From: a virus
Lineage: Duplodnaviria; Caudoviricetes
Strand: one strand, 5' to 3'
IMG/VR virus record: IMGVR_UViG_3300042974_000004
Length of the DNA: 37,841 nucleotides
A program made the translations under genes and the position numbers. Numbering within the stretch: position 1 is the first letter of the stretch; each line of letters starts with the position of its first letter. Below, piece after piece: positions 16,678-25,909 of the stretch. The notes under the pieces are model-generated. The model saw only the letters and a program-made list of their open reading frames with translations. It was not told the origin of the DNA and did no database searches.

Positions 16678-16785
16678 ATGTATAGTTGGTGTATGGCACA
16701 TCCATGGATGGCTTTTATTATTTTAATAATATTAGCTGATTCTGTTGGATATTGGTTCCACGGTGGTAAAAAGGGTGATTCTTAA
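16678..16785 (+). CDS. 35-aa single-TM peptide (MYSWCMAHPWMAFIILIILADSVGYWFHGGKKGDS)
   Basis: Not in the ORF track; GAGGTGA RBS; TAATG overlap with terL. Confidence 0.55.
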   Translation: MYSWCMAHPWMAFIILIILADSVGYWFHGGKKGDS

Positions 16786-18506
16786 TGTTTCAAAATGAAG
16801 ACGAACAAAATAAGTTTTTACTATACAAGTACCTTCAACAAGTAGGTTTTGACGAATCCACCGCAGAAAATATGATCCTACAGCACAGTTCAAACCTATT
16901 CGGCTACCACGGGTTGAGTTGGCAGTTGGGACGCATGAACCTTGAATTCTTCTGTATGTATTTTCTCCAGGATACATTTCTTCCGAAGGAAAATAACACT
17001 GCGGCGCCTATAGCTAATGTTCATAGAGATATTTGGAGTAATATACAAGACAGTATTATCGGTAATGGTGAAAATCAAAGAGGATGGATTCTTCCACGTG
17101 GCACTGGTAAATCTGCCTTTGGAAATTTTGCCCCGACTTGCTGGTGTCATGCATATGGAATCAAGAAATACACCTTGATTTGTTCTGATATAGGATCTAC
17201 AGCAGAGAAATTTATCAAGGATATCAAGAATACCTTCCTTGAGAATAATTACATTAAACAAGCTTTTGGAGTGCTACTGAATGACAAGGATAAGAGATAT
17301 ATTTGTAATTCAACTCAATTAGAATTTACAAACAAAACATTCATTGAAGCTATTTCTTCTAGTTCTCCAATGAGAGGTAGAAAATATGGTAATAATAGAC
17401 CTGATTTAATAATTTTAGACGACTATCAATCAGAGCCAGACGTTAGGACTGATGATGCAAGGGAAAAGAAGTGGAAAAGGTTCTCTGATGATGTTAAATA
17501 CGCAGTTCAGAAGCCAGTTACCCGTAATGGCAAAACAGTGAAAAAAGGTACAACTTTGATAGCATTGGGAACTCTACAGCATAAAGAGTGCTTTTATAGC
17601 AGGCTTATGAAGCAGCCAACATGGAAATTTAAAAATGAGAAGGGTGTTTTGGTTGATGATATAGACACATATTTTAATACCGGTCTGTGGGAGCAATTTA
17701 AAAACATCCTTTTTGATTTTAAGAATGAAACTCACTTAGAGGATGCAAAAGAATTTTATTATAGCCATGAAAAAGAAATGCAGTTCCCTATGTTATGGGC
17801 TGAATTTTGGGACTGTTTAGATATGGCCATGAGTTACTATGAAAATCCGGCCAGCTTTAAACAGGAAGTTCAAGGGGATGTTGATTCTATAGGCGAAAAG
17901 TGGTTTAAAACTGTTGCAACACAGCCCCGGGAGGAAATTGAAACACATTCCTTTATGAAGACAATGCTGTGCATGGATCCTGCCAGTACCGACAATGGAA
18001 AATCTGATTATTCAGCTTATCTGGTGGGTTCCGAAGCTGAGAATAATCTAAAATACGCCCGTAAAGCAGAATTAGCGAAAATCAATGCCAGAACTGATTT
18101 TGATAAGTATATAGGCCATGCAGTGGAGTTACTAAAGGAATATCCGGACGCTACCCACGTCTATATTGAGAAAAATACATTCAATGGTGCAGATGCTAAT
18201 TTATTAGAGAATAAAATTAATGCTGATGATGTGCTACGGGTAAGGAATATAGAAATTATAAATGAAATGCAGCGCAAAAATAAGGATGATAAAATCAGCA
18301 CGATTATTCCTTATATGAATAAAGGTCAGATTATTTTCGCTGAAGAGGACCAGGATTTTATAAAACAAATTATGGAATTCGCCGGGCAGAAATTTAGCAT
18401 CCATGATGATGCTCCAGATATAACAGCAGAGTTCGCAAACAGAATTGAAAATATAGAAGTTATCCACAATGTGCAGCTCTTTGATAGAAGAAAATTAGGA
18501 TTGTAG
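16785..18506 (+). CDS. terL: Terminase large subunit
   Basis: Walker A LPRGTGKS, Walker B RPDLIILDD, LGT coupling motif, nuclease MDPAS..SDYSA and HDDAPD. Confidence 0.95.
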   Translation: MFQNEDEQNKFLLYKYLQQVGFDESTAENMILQHSSNLFGYHGLSWQLGRMNLEFFCMYFLQDTFLPKENNTAAPIANVHRDIWSNIQDSIIGNGENQRGWILPRGTGKSAFGNFAPTCWCHAYGIKKYTLICSDIGSTAEKFIKDIKNTFLENNYIKQAFGVLLNDKDKRYICNSTQLEFTNKTFIEAISSSSPMRGRKYGNNRPDLIILDDYQSEPDVRTDDAREKKWKRFSDDVKYAVQKPVTRNGKTVKKGTTLIALGTLQHKECFYSRLMKQPTWKFKNEKGVLVDDIDTYFNTGLWEQFKNILFDFKNETHLEDAKEFYYSHEKEMQFPMLWAEFWDCLDMAMSYYENPASFKQEVQGDVDSIGEKWFKTVATQPREEIETHSFMKTMLCMDPASTDNGKSDYSAYLVGSEAENNLKYARKAELAKINARTDFDKYIGHAVELLKEYPDATHVYIEKNTFNGADANLLENKINADDVLRVRNIEIINEMQRKNKDDKISTIIPYMNKGQIIFAEEDQDFIKQIMEFAGQKFSIHDDAPDITAEFANRIENIEVIHNVQLFDRRKLGL

Positions 18507-18517
18507 GAGGTGATATT

Positions 18518-19879
18518 GTGCCAGCAGATTTGGAGCTTTTAAAAAAATGTAAGCAGGATTTTGATATGAAGCTTCCGGGATATATGTTAATGCAAAAATA
18601 TTATGATGGTCATACTGAAGCCATGGAAAACTATAAGATGATTACAAAGCGTGCCAATACGAAGGTGCGCTGTAATTTTATACAGAAGTTTATAAATGAA
18701 GAGGCGAGTTACTGCTGTGGTAATAAAATAACTTATTCGAGTCACTCCAATAACCAAAATGTAATCGAGGACTTGAGATTGAATTTTAGGCACTGGAGAG
18801 AAAAACACAATAAGGAACTGTGTAAGCAGAGCCTTATTTTTAATGAAGCTTACGAGCTTTACTATATTGATTCTGATGGTCTATTTAATAGCTTGATTTG
18901 TACGCCTTTAGATAGCTATATTCTTCAGGATGATTTTGGGAATACGCAACTTTTTATACGATTCTGGACCAAAAAGTTTGACGATATGCGTACTCTCTAT
19001 GCTGATGTGTATACTAATGGTGATATTAGCCATTACACCGTTATAGGTGATGTATTCAAACCTACTACAGGAGTTAAGGCGGATAGCAATGTATTTGGAA
19101 AGGTGCCAGTATCTGTTGTGAAAATTGGCACTATAGATGAAAGCTTATTTTCCATATTGAAGGGCTTGCAGGATGGATTTGAAACAAATTTGTCTGATAT
19201 GGTGAACGAAATAAGTGATTTTAGGAATGCATATTTAATTTTCCAAAATTGCAAGTTAGATGATGAAACTAAAGACGAGAATGGAGAAACTGACTTAGAC
19301 AAGATGAAAAGGCTTGGAGTTATGAGCCTTACAGGCGACAAAGCAGATGCAAAATGGTTGATTAAAGAAATTAATGATGATTTTGTCCAGAATACATTGA
19401 ATACCCTTGAGGATAAGATGTACCAGCTAGCTTCACACATAAATAACAATGAAAAATTAGTATCCAATACAAGTTCTCTAGCTTTAAGAAACAGGCTCAT
19501 AGGGCTTGAAGAAAAATGCACGAACAACATACAAGCTCTTGTGGATGCCATAAAGGTACGATTAAAGTTTCTTTTCATATACCTAAAAATTAGGCAAAAC
19601 AAGGATTATGACTGGAAGGATATAGACATTAAAATTGTGCCTAACATTCCTACAGATGATTTGATGATAAGCCAAATTATAAGCCAGTTAAACGGGAAAT
19701 TATCTACTAGAACGGGGCTCGCACAATTAAGTTTCATTGATAATCCCGACAATGAAATGAAGGAAATTGAAAAAGAAAGCAAGGCTGATTCTATAGGTCA
19801 GAGTCTTTTGAATGGTGGTGAAGGTGATGGCGAAGGTGGATCCGCAGTACAGGAGGGCAATAGAGCAGATAAGGCTTGA
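18518..19879 (+). CDS. Portal protein (SPP1 gp6-like)
   Basis: KYYDG.., NFIQKFINEEASY..GNKITY, SNTSSLAL; follows terL. Confidence 0.92.
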   Translation: MPADLELLKKCKQDFDMKLPGYMLMQKYYDGHTEAMENYKMITKRANTKVRCNFIQKFINEEASYCCGNKITYSSHSNNQNVIEDLRLNFRHWREKHNKELCKQSLIFNEAYELYYIDSDGLFNSLICTPLDSYILQDDFGNTQLFIRFWTKKFDDMRTLYADVYTNGDISHYTVIGDVFKPTTGVKADSNVFGKVPVSVVKIGTIDESLFSILKGLQDGFETNLSDMVNEISDFRNAYLIFQNCKLDDETKDENGETDLDKMKRLGVMSLTGDKADAKWLIKEINDDFVQNTLNTLEDKMYQLASHINNNEKLVSNTSSLALRNRLIGLEEKCTNNIQALVDAIKVRLKFLFIYLKIRQNKDYDWKDIDIKIVPNIPTDDLMISQIISQLNGKLSTRTGLAQLSFIDNPDNEMKEIEKESKADSIGQSLLNGGEGDGEGGSAVQEGNRADKA

Positions 19880-21326
19880 TTCTGAAAAATATGCAGACGA
19901 ACAGATGAAAGATATGTACTCTGACCAGAAAGACAAGCTTAATGAACTACACAGCTTCATAGGCATGATGTATATAAAATATAGTATAGATGGTCTATTA
20001 AAATTAAATAAAGCTCAAAGAGTCTCTATAACGTCTGCATTGGATTCTAAGTTGAAATCCATAGGGAAAAGCTTAGGGCAGAAAGAAGTCAGTAAAATAA
20101 AAAGTATTTTAAGTGAAACTTATAAGGATACCTATTATAAAAATGCTTATGTGCTCGACAAAGGCATGGATGTAAATATAAAATTCAAGATGCTGAAACA
20201 GGAATTTATTGATTCTGCTGTAAATGCAAAATTTAAAAGTTTAACTTTTAGTGATAGAATTTGGAATAATAAAGCAGATATGATTGATAAGTTAAAAAAA
20301 TCTTTAGTTGAAGCCTATAAGGGTAATATTGCCATAGATAAAATAGCAAAGGATGTGCAGCATACTTTTAATGTAAGTGCATATGACAGCAATCGGCTTG
20401 TGGCTACAGAAACGGCAAGGGTGGCAGTAAAAGCGCAGGAGCAAATCGGCATAGATAGTGGTTGCAAGGAAGTAATGTGGTCTGCAACTTTAGATCATAG
20501 AACGGCGCCCTATGATGCCAGCCTTGATGGCAAGGTATGGAGAATAAATGAAAGCCACCCCGAACCAGTAATGGACACTCACCCACGTTGTAGATGTGTA
20601 CTTATAAATGTACCGTTTGAAGGTTGGAAACCGACTAAAAGAAAAGATAATGAGACTAAAGAAATAATTGATTATATGGATTACGAGCAGTGGCTGAAAG
20701 AAAAAGTGGGAATTTCTAAAAGCAGTGACGCAAATTCTAAAAATAATGATATAATAAATAATACAGAAACATTTGGCGCATTAGATTTAAATGAAAAAGC
20801 AGTTAAAAGTCTAAAAGCCATTCATGCTGAGTTAAATGAATATAGCAGAACAAATCATAAAGAAAAACTTGTGGCCATGAGTATTAAAGATGGTTTAAAA
20901 AGGCAGGAATTAACTGGTAATGGTAATTCTGTTGTATTTACTAGTGAGCTTATTAACTTCTTAAATAATAGCGAGGCTAATAGTGTGATGTTGGTGCATA
21001 ATCACCCGGGGAGTTCTTCTTTTTCAGATGCAGATCTAAAGGTTATGGTTAATTTCAATTCTATAAATGGAATAACCGTTGAAGGCCAAAATGGGACCAA
21101 ATATATTTGCAAAATAGGCGATGGCATAATTCCTGATAACCTTTCTCAAATTACAGAGGATTTTAATGAGATAAAAAATGAATTGTTTGATGATTATAGG
21201 GCTAAAGTATTAACTGACGAAATGACACCGGATGAAGCGTGGTACGAACATTCAAATGAAGTTATGGAACGATTGGCTCATAAATATAATTGGATATATA
21301 GGAGGATAGAACCAAATGAAAAATAG
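19827..21326 (+). CDS. MuF / SPP1 gp7-like minor head protein with C-terminal JAB-like extension
   Basis: RLVATETAR, WSATLDHRT..D..LDGK, HPRCRC (MuF core); extension contains HNHPGSSSFSDAD. Confidence 0.88.
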   Translation: MAKVDPQYRRAIEQIRLDSEKYADEQMKDMYSDQKDKLNELHSFIGMMYIKYSIDGLLKLNKAQRVSITSALDSKLKSIGKSLGQKEVSKIKSILSETYKDTYYKNAYVLDKGMDVNIKFKMLKQEFIDSAVNAKFKSLTFSDRIWNNKADMIDKLKKSLVEAYKGNIAIDKIAKDVQHTFNVSAYDSNRLVATETARVAVKAQEQIGIDSGCKEVMWSATLDHRTAPYDASLDGKVWRINESHPEPVMDTHPRCRCVLINVPFEGWKPTKRKDNETKEIIDYMDYEQWLKEKVGISKSSDANSKNNDIINNTETFGALDLNEKAVKSLKAIHAELNEYSRTNHKEKLVAMSIKDGLKRQELTGNGNSVVFTSELINFLNNSEANSVMLVHNHPGSSSFSDADLKVMVNFNSINGITVEGQNGTKYICKIGDGIIPDNLSQITEDFNEIKNELFDDYRAKVLTDEMTPDEAWYEHSNEVMERLAHKYNWIYRRIEPNEK

Positions 21327-21456
21327 AGAGAAAATGGGATTTGATCTAGTTGATAATAAACCAGACTATTTTATGACAAAAGAAGAAAACATAAAAAGAG
21401 ATAAGAAAAAAATCAAAGAGGTTTATGAGGAAGACTCAAAATCAGATGATAAATAG
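21316..21456 (+). CDS. Small charged protein (46 aa, MKNREKMGFDLVDNKPDYF...), candidate immunity partner
   Basis: Not in the ORF track; AGGAGG RBS; overlaps the MuF stop; followed by a terminator. Confidence 0.6.
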   Translation: MKNREKMGFDLVDNKPDYFMTKEENIKRDKKKIKEVYEEDSKSDDK

Positions 21457-21536
21457 AAGCCTTGTACTTAAATAAATAGTATAAGGCTTTTATTATGTCT
21501 AAAATTAAAGTCTTAGAAATAAGGCTTTTTTATTTT
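21457..21536 (+). terminator. Two tandem stem-loops with T tracts
   Basis: AAGCCTTGTACT...AGTATAAGGCTT-TT and AAAGTCTTA-GAAA-TAAGGCTTT-TTT. Confidence 0.7.
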
Positions 21537-21561
21537 ATAAAAATTTATGGAGGTGGGAAAA

Positions 21562-21816
21562 ATGGATTTCGGGAAAGCGATTGAGGCAGTAAAAAAAGGA
21601 TATAAAGTTGCTCGTAAAGGTTGGAATGGTAAAGAACAATATATTGAACTTGCGAATGCAATAAGTTATTTGAACACAAAGGGGAATGTAGTGAATTGTA
21701 ACCATGAGGCTATAGGAAACAAGGCAATTGCTTTTGTTGGAACATCAGGGATACAGATGGGGTGGCTTGCGTCACAGGCTGATATGCTTGCAGAAGATTG
21801 GGTAATAGTCGAATAA
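21562..21816 (+). CDS. DUF2829 protein (Tad2-like anti-defence nucleotide sponge family)
   Basis: MDFGKAIEAVKKGYKVARKGWNGK...GWLASQADMLAEDW signature. Confidence 0.85.
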   Translation: MDFGKAIEAVKKGYKVARKGWNGKEQYIELANAISYLNTKGNVVNCNHEAIGNKAIAFVGTSGIQMGWLASQADMLAEDWVIVE

Positions 21817-21902
21817 AGTTTTAAAAAGTTCTTTATTTTTATAAAAATAATTGTGTTCTTAGTCCTATATTGGGTTAAGAGGGCATAGGAGGCGTAAAAA
21901 AT

Positions 21903-22508
21903 ATGTTAAAAAAGGAATTAGCAAAATTACTTGAGACTTTGAAAGATGATGATAACATAGATGAAACAATATCTAAAAGTGATTTGGGTAAGGCACTTGT
22001 AAATAGTGGTTTAACCTTGGATACTTTTAAAGAAAAAATTGAGAGTGATCCAAACTTTAAGTCCTTTATTGATTCTGAGAAGGATAAGCATCTTCAGAAG
22101 GGTATTGATACTTTTAAAACTAACAATTTACAAAAACTAGTTGATGAAGAATATAAGAAACAGCACCCCGAAGCCGATCCGAAGGATACTGAAATTGCAA
22201 AATTAAAAAAGCAATTTGAAGATATGCAAAAAGAGTCTCTTAAAAAAGACCTGACCAATAAGGCTTTGAAAATAATGACAGAAAAGAAATTGCCTGCCGA
22301 TTTGGTCAGTTTTATTGTTGGGGCTGACGAGGATACTACAAACAAAAATCTTGAGACTTTGGAGAAGGTTTTTAATAGCCATGATGAAGCTATAAAAACG
22401 GAAATATTAAAAGATGGTACCTATAAACCAGGCGGTCAGGGTGGTGCTAAACCAACCGAAGATTCCGTTAAGGGACAAATAAATTCTATATTTGGAATTA
22501 AAGAATAG
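21903..22508 (+). CDS. Capsid scaffolding protein (DUF4355-like)
   Basis: Charged helical protein directly upstream of the capsid gene. Confidence 0.85.
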   Translation: MLKKELAKLLETLKDDDNIDETISKSDLGKALVNSGLTLDTFKEKIESDPNFKSFIDSEKDKHLQKGIDTFKTNNLQKLVDEEYKKQHPEADPKDTEIAKLKKQFEDMQKESLKKDLTNKALKIMTEKKLPADLVSFIVGADEDTTNKNLETLEKVFNSHDEAIKTEILKDGTYKPGGQGGAKPTEDSVKGQINSIFGIKE

Positions 22509-22523
22509 GAAGGATGATGAAAT

Positions 22524-23447
22524 ATGGAAAATGCAATTAATTATGCAACTTTATTCATGCAGGCACTTGATGCACAGATAGCTCAGCAGGCAACAAGCGG
22601 ATGGATGGAAAGAAACGCAGGACAGGTTATTTATAACGGTGGAAAAGAAATAAAAATACCAAAAATAACCGTTGATGGCCTTGCTGATTATTCTAGGGAA
22701 GATGGTTATACCAGAGGCGCCGTTGGTCTTGATTATGAAACTATGGCCATGACTATGGATAGAGGTAAACAATTTTTGCTTGATTCTATGGATATTAACG
22801 AAAGTAATTTTGTAGTGAATGCTTCAACTGTAATGAGTGAGTTCCAGAGGCTAAAGGTTATTCCCGAAATAGATGTCTATAGGTATTCTAAAATAGCAGC
22901 TCTGGCAATTTCTAAAGGAAAAGCAAGTGGAGGATATACTCCTGTAGTTGACGACGTGCTGACTAAATTAAAAACAGATATTGCGGCAGTGCAGGACATT
23001 ATCGGAGATGTACCGTTAGTAATTACAATGAGCAGAACTGTTAAAAATACTTTGGATATGAGTAAGGAAATTACAAGAAAGTTAGAAGTAGATACATTTA
23101 CTTCTGGACAATATAACACTAAGGTTTCCATTATAGATGACTGCCCTATTGTTCCAGTACCAAGTGCAAGATTAAAAACAGCATACGTGTTTAATGATGG
23201 TAAAACTACAGGACAAGAGGCTGGCGGATTTACTCCGGATGCATCTGCAAAAAGTATTAACTGGATTATATGTGCTCAGAATGTGCCTATAGCAGTTTCA
23301 AAAACAGATAACATGAAAATATTTGCTCCCGAACAAGTACAGAGCCATGATGGTTACTTGATGGATTATCGTAAGTACCACGATTTATGGATCCCTGACA
23401 ATAAGTTTGATGCACTGTTTGTGAATGTTAAGGAGGCGCTTGCATAA
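22524..23447 (+). CDS. Major capsid protein
   Basis: GGKEIKIPKI.VDGLADYSR, DRGKQF.LD.MD, VIPEID.YR, YRKYHDLW. Confidence 0.9.
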   Translation: MENAINYATLFMQALDAQIAQQATSGWMERNAGQVIYNGGKEIKIPKITVDGLADYSREDGYTRGAVGLDYETMAMTMDRGKQFLLDSMDINESNFVVNASTVMSEFQRLKVIPEIDVYRYSKIAALAISKGKASGGYTPVVDDVLTKLKTDIAAVQDIIGDVPLVITMSRTVKNTLDMSKEITRKLEVDTFTSGQYNTKVSIIDDCPIVPVPSARLKTAYVFNDGKTTGQEAGGFTPDASAKSINWIICAQNVPIAVSKTDNMKIFAPEQVQSHDGYLMDYRKYHDLWIPDNKFDALFVNVKEALA

Positions 23448-23629
23448 TGTCTTTTAAATTGCAGAATTTGAATGTTATAAGGATAGTTGAAACTGAGGCA
23501 CAAAAGCAGAGGCTTATAGCGCAGGGATTTAAGGATATAACTCTTAAACCAAAAGAAGAAAAGCCGCCTGAAGAACCTGCAAATACTGCACCACCTGCAG
23601 ACGATAAGGCAAAACAGGGTAAAAAGTAG
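23447..23629 (+). CDS. Small protein downstream of the capsid gene
   Basis: TAATG overlap; AAGGAGG RBS. Confidence 0.7.
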   Translation: MSFKLQNLNVIRIVETEAQKQRLIAQGFKDITLKPKEEKPPEEPANTAPPADDKAKQGKK

Positions 23630-23637
23630 GTGATTTT

Positions 23638-23949
23638 ATGACCGTATTGGATGATATAAAAACTATAAGAAATATATCTGATAATAGCAAAGACAACCTT
23701 ATAAATATTTATATCCGAAGGGCTGAAACTCTTATAAAAGAATATCTAAACTTGAATGATGATTCCACAGATATTCAAGAAGCTTATCCGGATGCGGTGG
23801 TTTGTTATGTTATTGAATGTCTTACCCGTAAAGGAAATGAAAATATAAAACAGTTCCAGCAGGGGGCGAGAAGTGGCACTTACGAAACTGGACTTAGTAA
23901 AGAAGTAATAAGCCTCTTACCTGCCCCGTATGTGAGGATGATGGGATAA
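23638..23949 (+). CDS. Head-tail adaptor (SPP1 gp15-like)
   Basis: Position and size; LDDIK....D.LI..YI..A...I..Y pattern. Confidence 0.8.
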   Translation: MTVLDDIKTIRNISDNSKDNLINIYIRRAETLIKEYLNLNDDSTDIQEAYPDAVVCYVIECLTRKGNENIKQFQQGARSGTYETGLSKEVISLLPAPYVRMMG

Positions 23950-24284
23950 TGCTACAGAATTTTACAGTAGGTATATATGTAAAAACTGAAGGACATCAGG
24001 ATAGCCACGGTTCTTGGGTACCCGGAGAAGATCAGCATATAAAGGATATTGACTGCGATATACAGCCTTATTCACAAGAGCTTTTACTAAAGGAATATGG
24101 TTATAATATTGAAGTCAATAAGCGAATTTTTGTAGATTATTACGAGCCTTTAATTAAAATTGGTATCATTTTAAAGTATGTGAATAAACGTGGCGAAACT
24201 GAGGTATATGAAGTTAAGGCGATACCTTGGGATGATGAATATATGGAGGTGGCATGTCTTGAGTTACAAGAGCAATCTGAATGA
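23949..24284 (+). CDS. Head closure protein
   Basis: Position; CDIQPY and YEVKAI beta-rich pattern. Confidence 0.7.
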   Translation: MLQNFTVGIYVKTEGHQDSHGSWVPGEDQHIKDIDCDIQPYSQELLLKEYGYNIEVNKRIFVDYYEPLIKIGIILKYVNKRGETEVYEVKAIPWDDEYMEVACLELQEQSE

Positions 24285-24639
24285 TGTCCTGGACGCATTA
24301 GAAAAAGGGAAGAAAGATGCACTTACTACAATTGGCACTTTTGGAGTTGCCGAGGTGCAATTAAGAGCACCAGTAGGAAAAAAGGAAGATGGTGACATAG
24401 ACCCTGGAAGACTTAAAGGAAATATAACGTTCCAGGTTCACGACGATAATAACGGCGTTGATATTGGTGCCACTAATGCGGTTGTGAATAAAAAGGGTGA
24501 GCCTTATGCCGAATGGGTTGAAAAAGGAACTTCTAAAATGGCAGCGCAACCATTTTTGGAACCTGCCGTTATGGACAACTTAAGTAAAATTGAAGAAATA
24601 GCAGGACAAAAAATAAGCGTAAATATGGGAGGTAAATAA
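24259..24639 (+). CDS. HK97 gp10-like neck/tail component
   Basis: RAPV...GRLKGNI, YAEWVEKGTSKMAAQPFLEPA; TTG start after GGAGGTGG. Confidence 0.88.
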   Translation: MSYKSNLNDVLDALEKGKKDALTTIGTFGVAEVQLRAPVGKKEDGDIDPGRLKGNITFQVHDDNNGVDIGATNAVVNKKGEPYAEWVEKGTSKMAAQPFLEPAVMDNLSKIEEIAGQKISVNMGGK

Positions 24640-24640
24640 T

Positions 24641-25019
24641 ATGTTAAATCTGTATGATAGGATATTTGAGATTATAAGTCCTATAGTGACAAGCTATGCG
24701 GAGCATTACCCAACAGAAATGACAAAGAAATATCCGTATGCAGAATTTAACTTTCCCTAATATAACTGCAAATAATGAATACAGTGACTTAAACCAGCTT
24801 CAAATTGATATTTGGAGTAATAAGAGTGGACAGGTCGCAGAAATTGAAGCTATTACAGACAACTTAGTAAAGGCCTTAAATAAAAAAATAATAAATACTG
24901 GTGATATGCTTATCCAAATATTTAAGGATAATCCATATCGTCTGAAGCTCCCGGACAGTGATATAAATATACAGCGCCGGGAGCTTCGATTTTTAGTGAA
25001 ATTATATGAAAAGGGATGA
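24641..25019 (+). CDS. Tail completion/terminator protein split by a +1 frame change at TTT-CCC-TAA (24752-24760)
   Basis: GGAGG-led 39-aa ORF (..KYPYAEFNFP*) joins in the +1 frame to NITANNEY..LQIDIW..RRELRF, giving about 125 aa at the expected position. Confidence 0.7.
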
Positions 25020-25025
25020 TTATAA

Positions 25026-25895
25026 ATGAATGGTACAGCAATAACGGGTTTTACTCCAAGTACTCCGAACCATCTACTTTTAGATGCAGGTGCAGTGTAT
25101 AAAAATTATGGATTGCCTGACGAGGAATTACTTGGGGCAACTAGCGGAGGTAACGAGTTTAAAATAGCTCCGAAATTAAGACAGCCTAAAATAGATGGAT
25201 TAAAAAGTAGTTATGCAAAAGGTATGGAGCTTATAACGGAAGTTGAAGTAACGCTAAAGACAAATATGCTTGAAGTTACGAAAGATATCCTTGTAATGGC
25301 TTTACTGGGAAAAGTAGATGAAAGCAGTAACGATGATTATTACGTTATAACAGGAAAGGCCACGATTTCCATAGATGATTATATAAATAATGTAGCTCTT
25401 GTAGCAAGACTAAGTGGCAGTAGTACTCCCGTGGTGATAATCCTTAAGAACGCTTTGAACACGGACGGACTGGATTTAAAGACCGAAGACGATAAAGACA
25501 ATACTCTTCCGGTTACATTTACTGGACACGTCGATCCTTATCGCCCTGATGATTTGCCATACGAAGTGCATTTTCCTAAAGTAACGGACGTATTTGGACT
25601 TGCAAGTGCAGTTGTACAAGACGGTAAGGTAATTCTGTCATTTACTTCCGACGTAGCTGAAACAGTTCCTTTGAGCGGTTTTGTGGCAACAGTGGCAGGT
25701 GAAGCAGATGTAATTAGTTCTGTCGTAAGAGGAGAGGACGCAAAAACAATAGAACTTACTTTAACTACAGCGCCCACAGCAGGGCAGGCAGTAACTGTAG
25801 CTTACACGAAACCTACGGAAGAAAATGAACAGGTAAAATCCGCAGTAGGAACGGCACTTGAAACTTTTAGTTCTATAAATGTGGTAAATAGTTAA
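25026..25895 (+). CDS. Major tail tube protein with C-terminal Ig-like (SwmB-like) domain
   Basis: LLLDAGAVYKNYG...LGATSGG core; beta-rich extension after EVHFPK. Confidence 0.85.
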   Translation: MNGTAITGFTPSTPNHLLLDAGAVYKNYGLPDEELLGATSGGNEFKIAPKLRQPKIDGLKSSYAKGMELITEVEVTLKTNMLEVTKDILVMALLGKVDESSNDDYYVITGKATISIDDYINNVALVARLSGSSTPVVIILKNALNTDGLDLKTEDDKDNTLPVTFTGHVDPYRPDDLPYEVHFPKVTDVFGLASAVVQDGKVILSFTSDVAETVPLSGFVATVAGEADVISSVVRGEDAKTIELTLTTAPTAGQAVTVAYTKPTEENEQVKSAVGTALETFSSINVVNS

Positions 25896-25909
25896 TGGAG
25901 GGATTTTAA

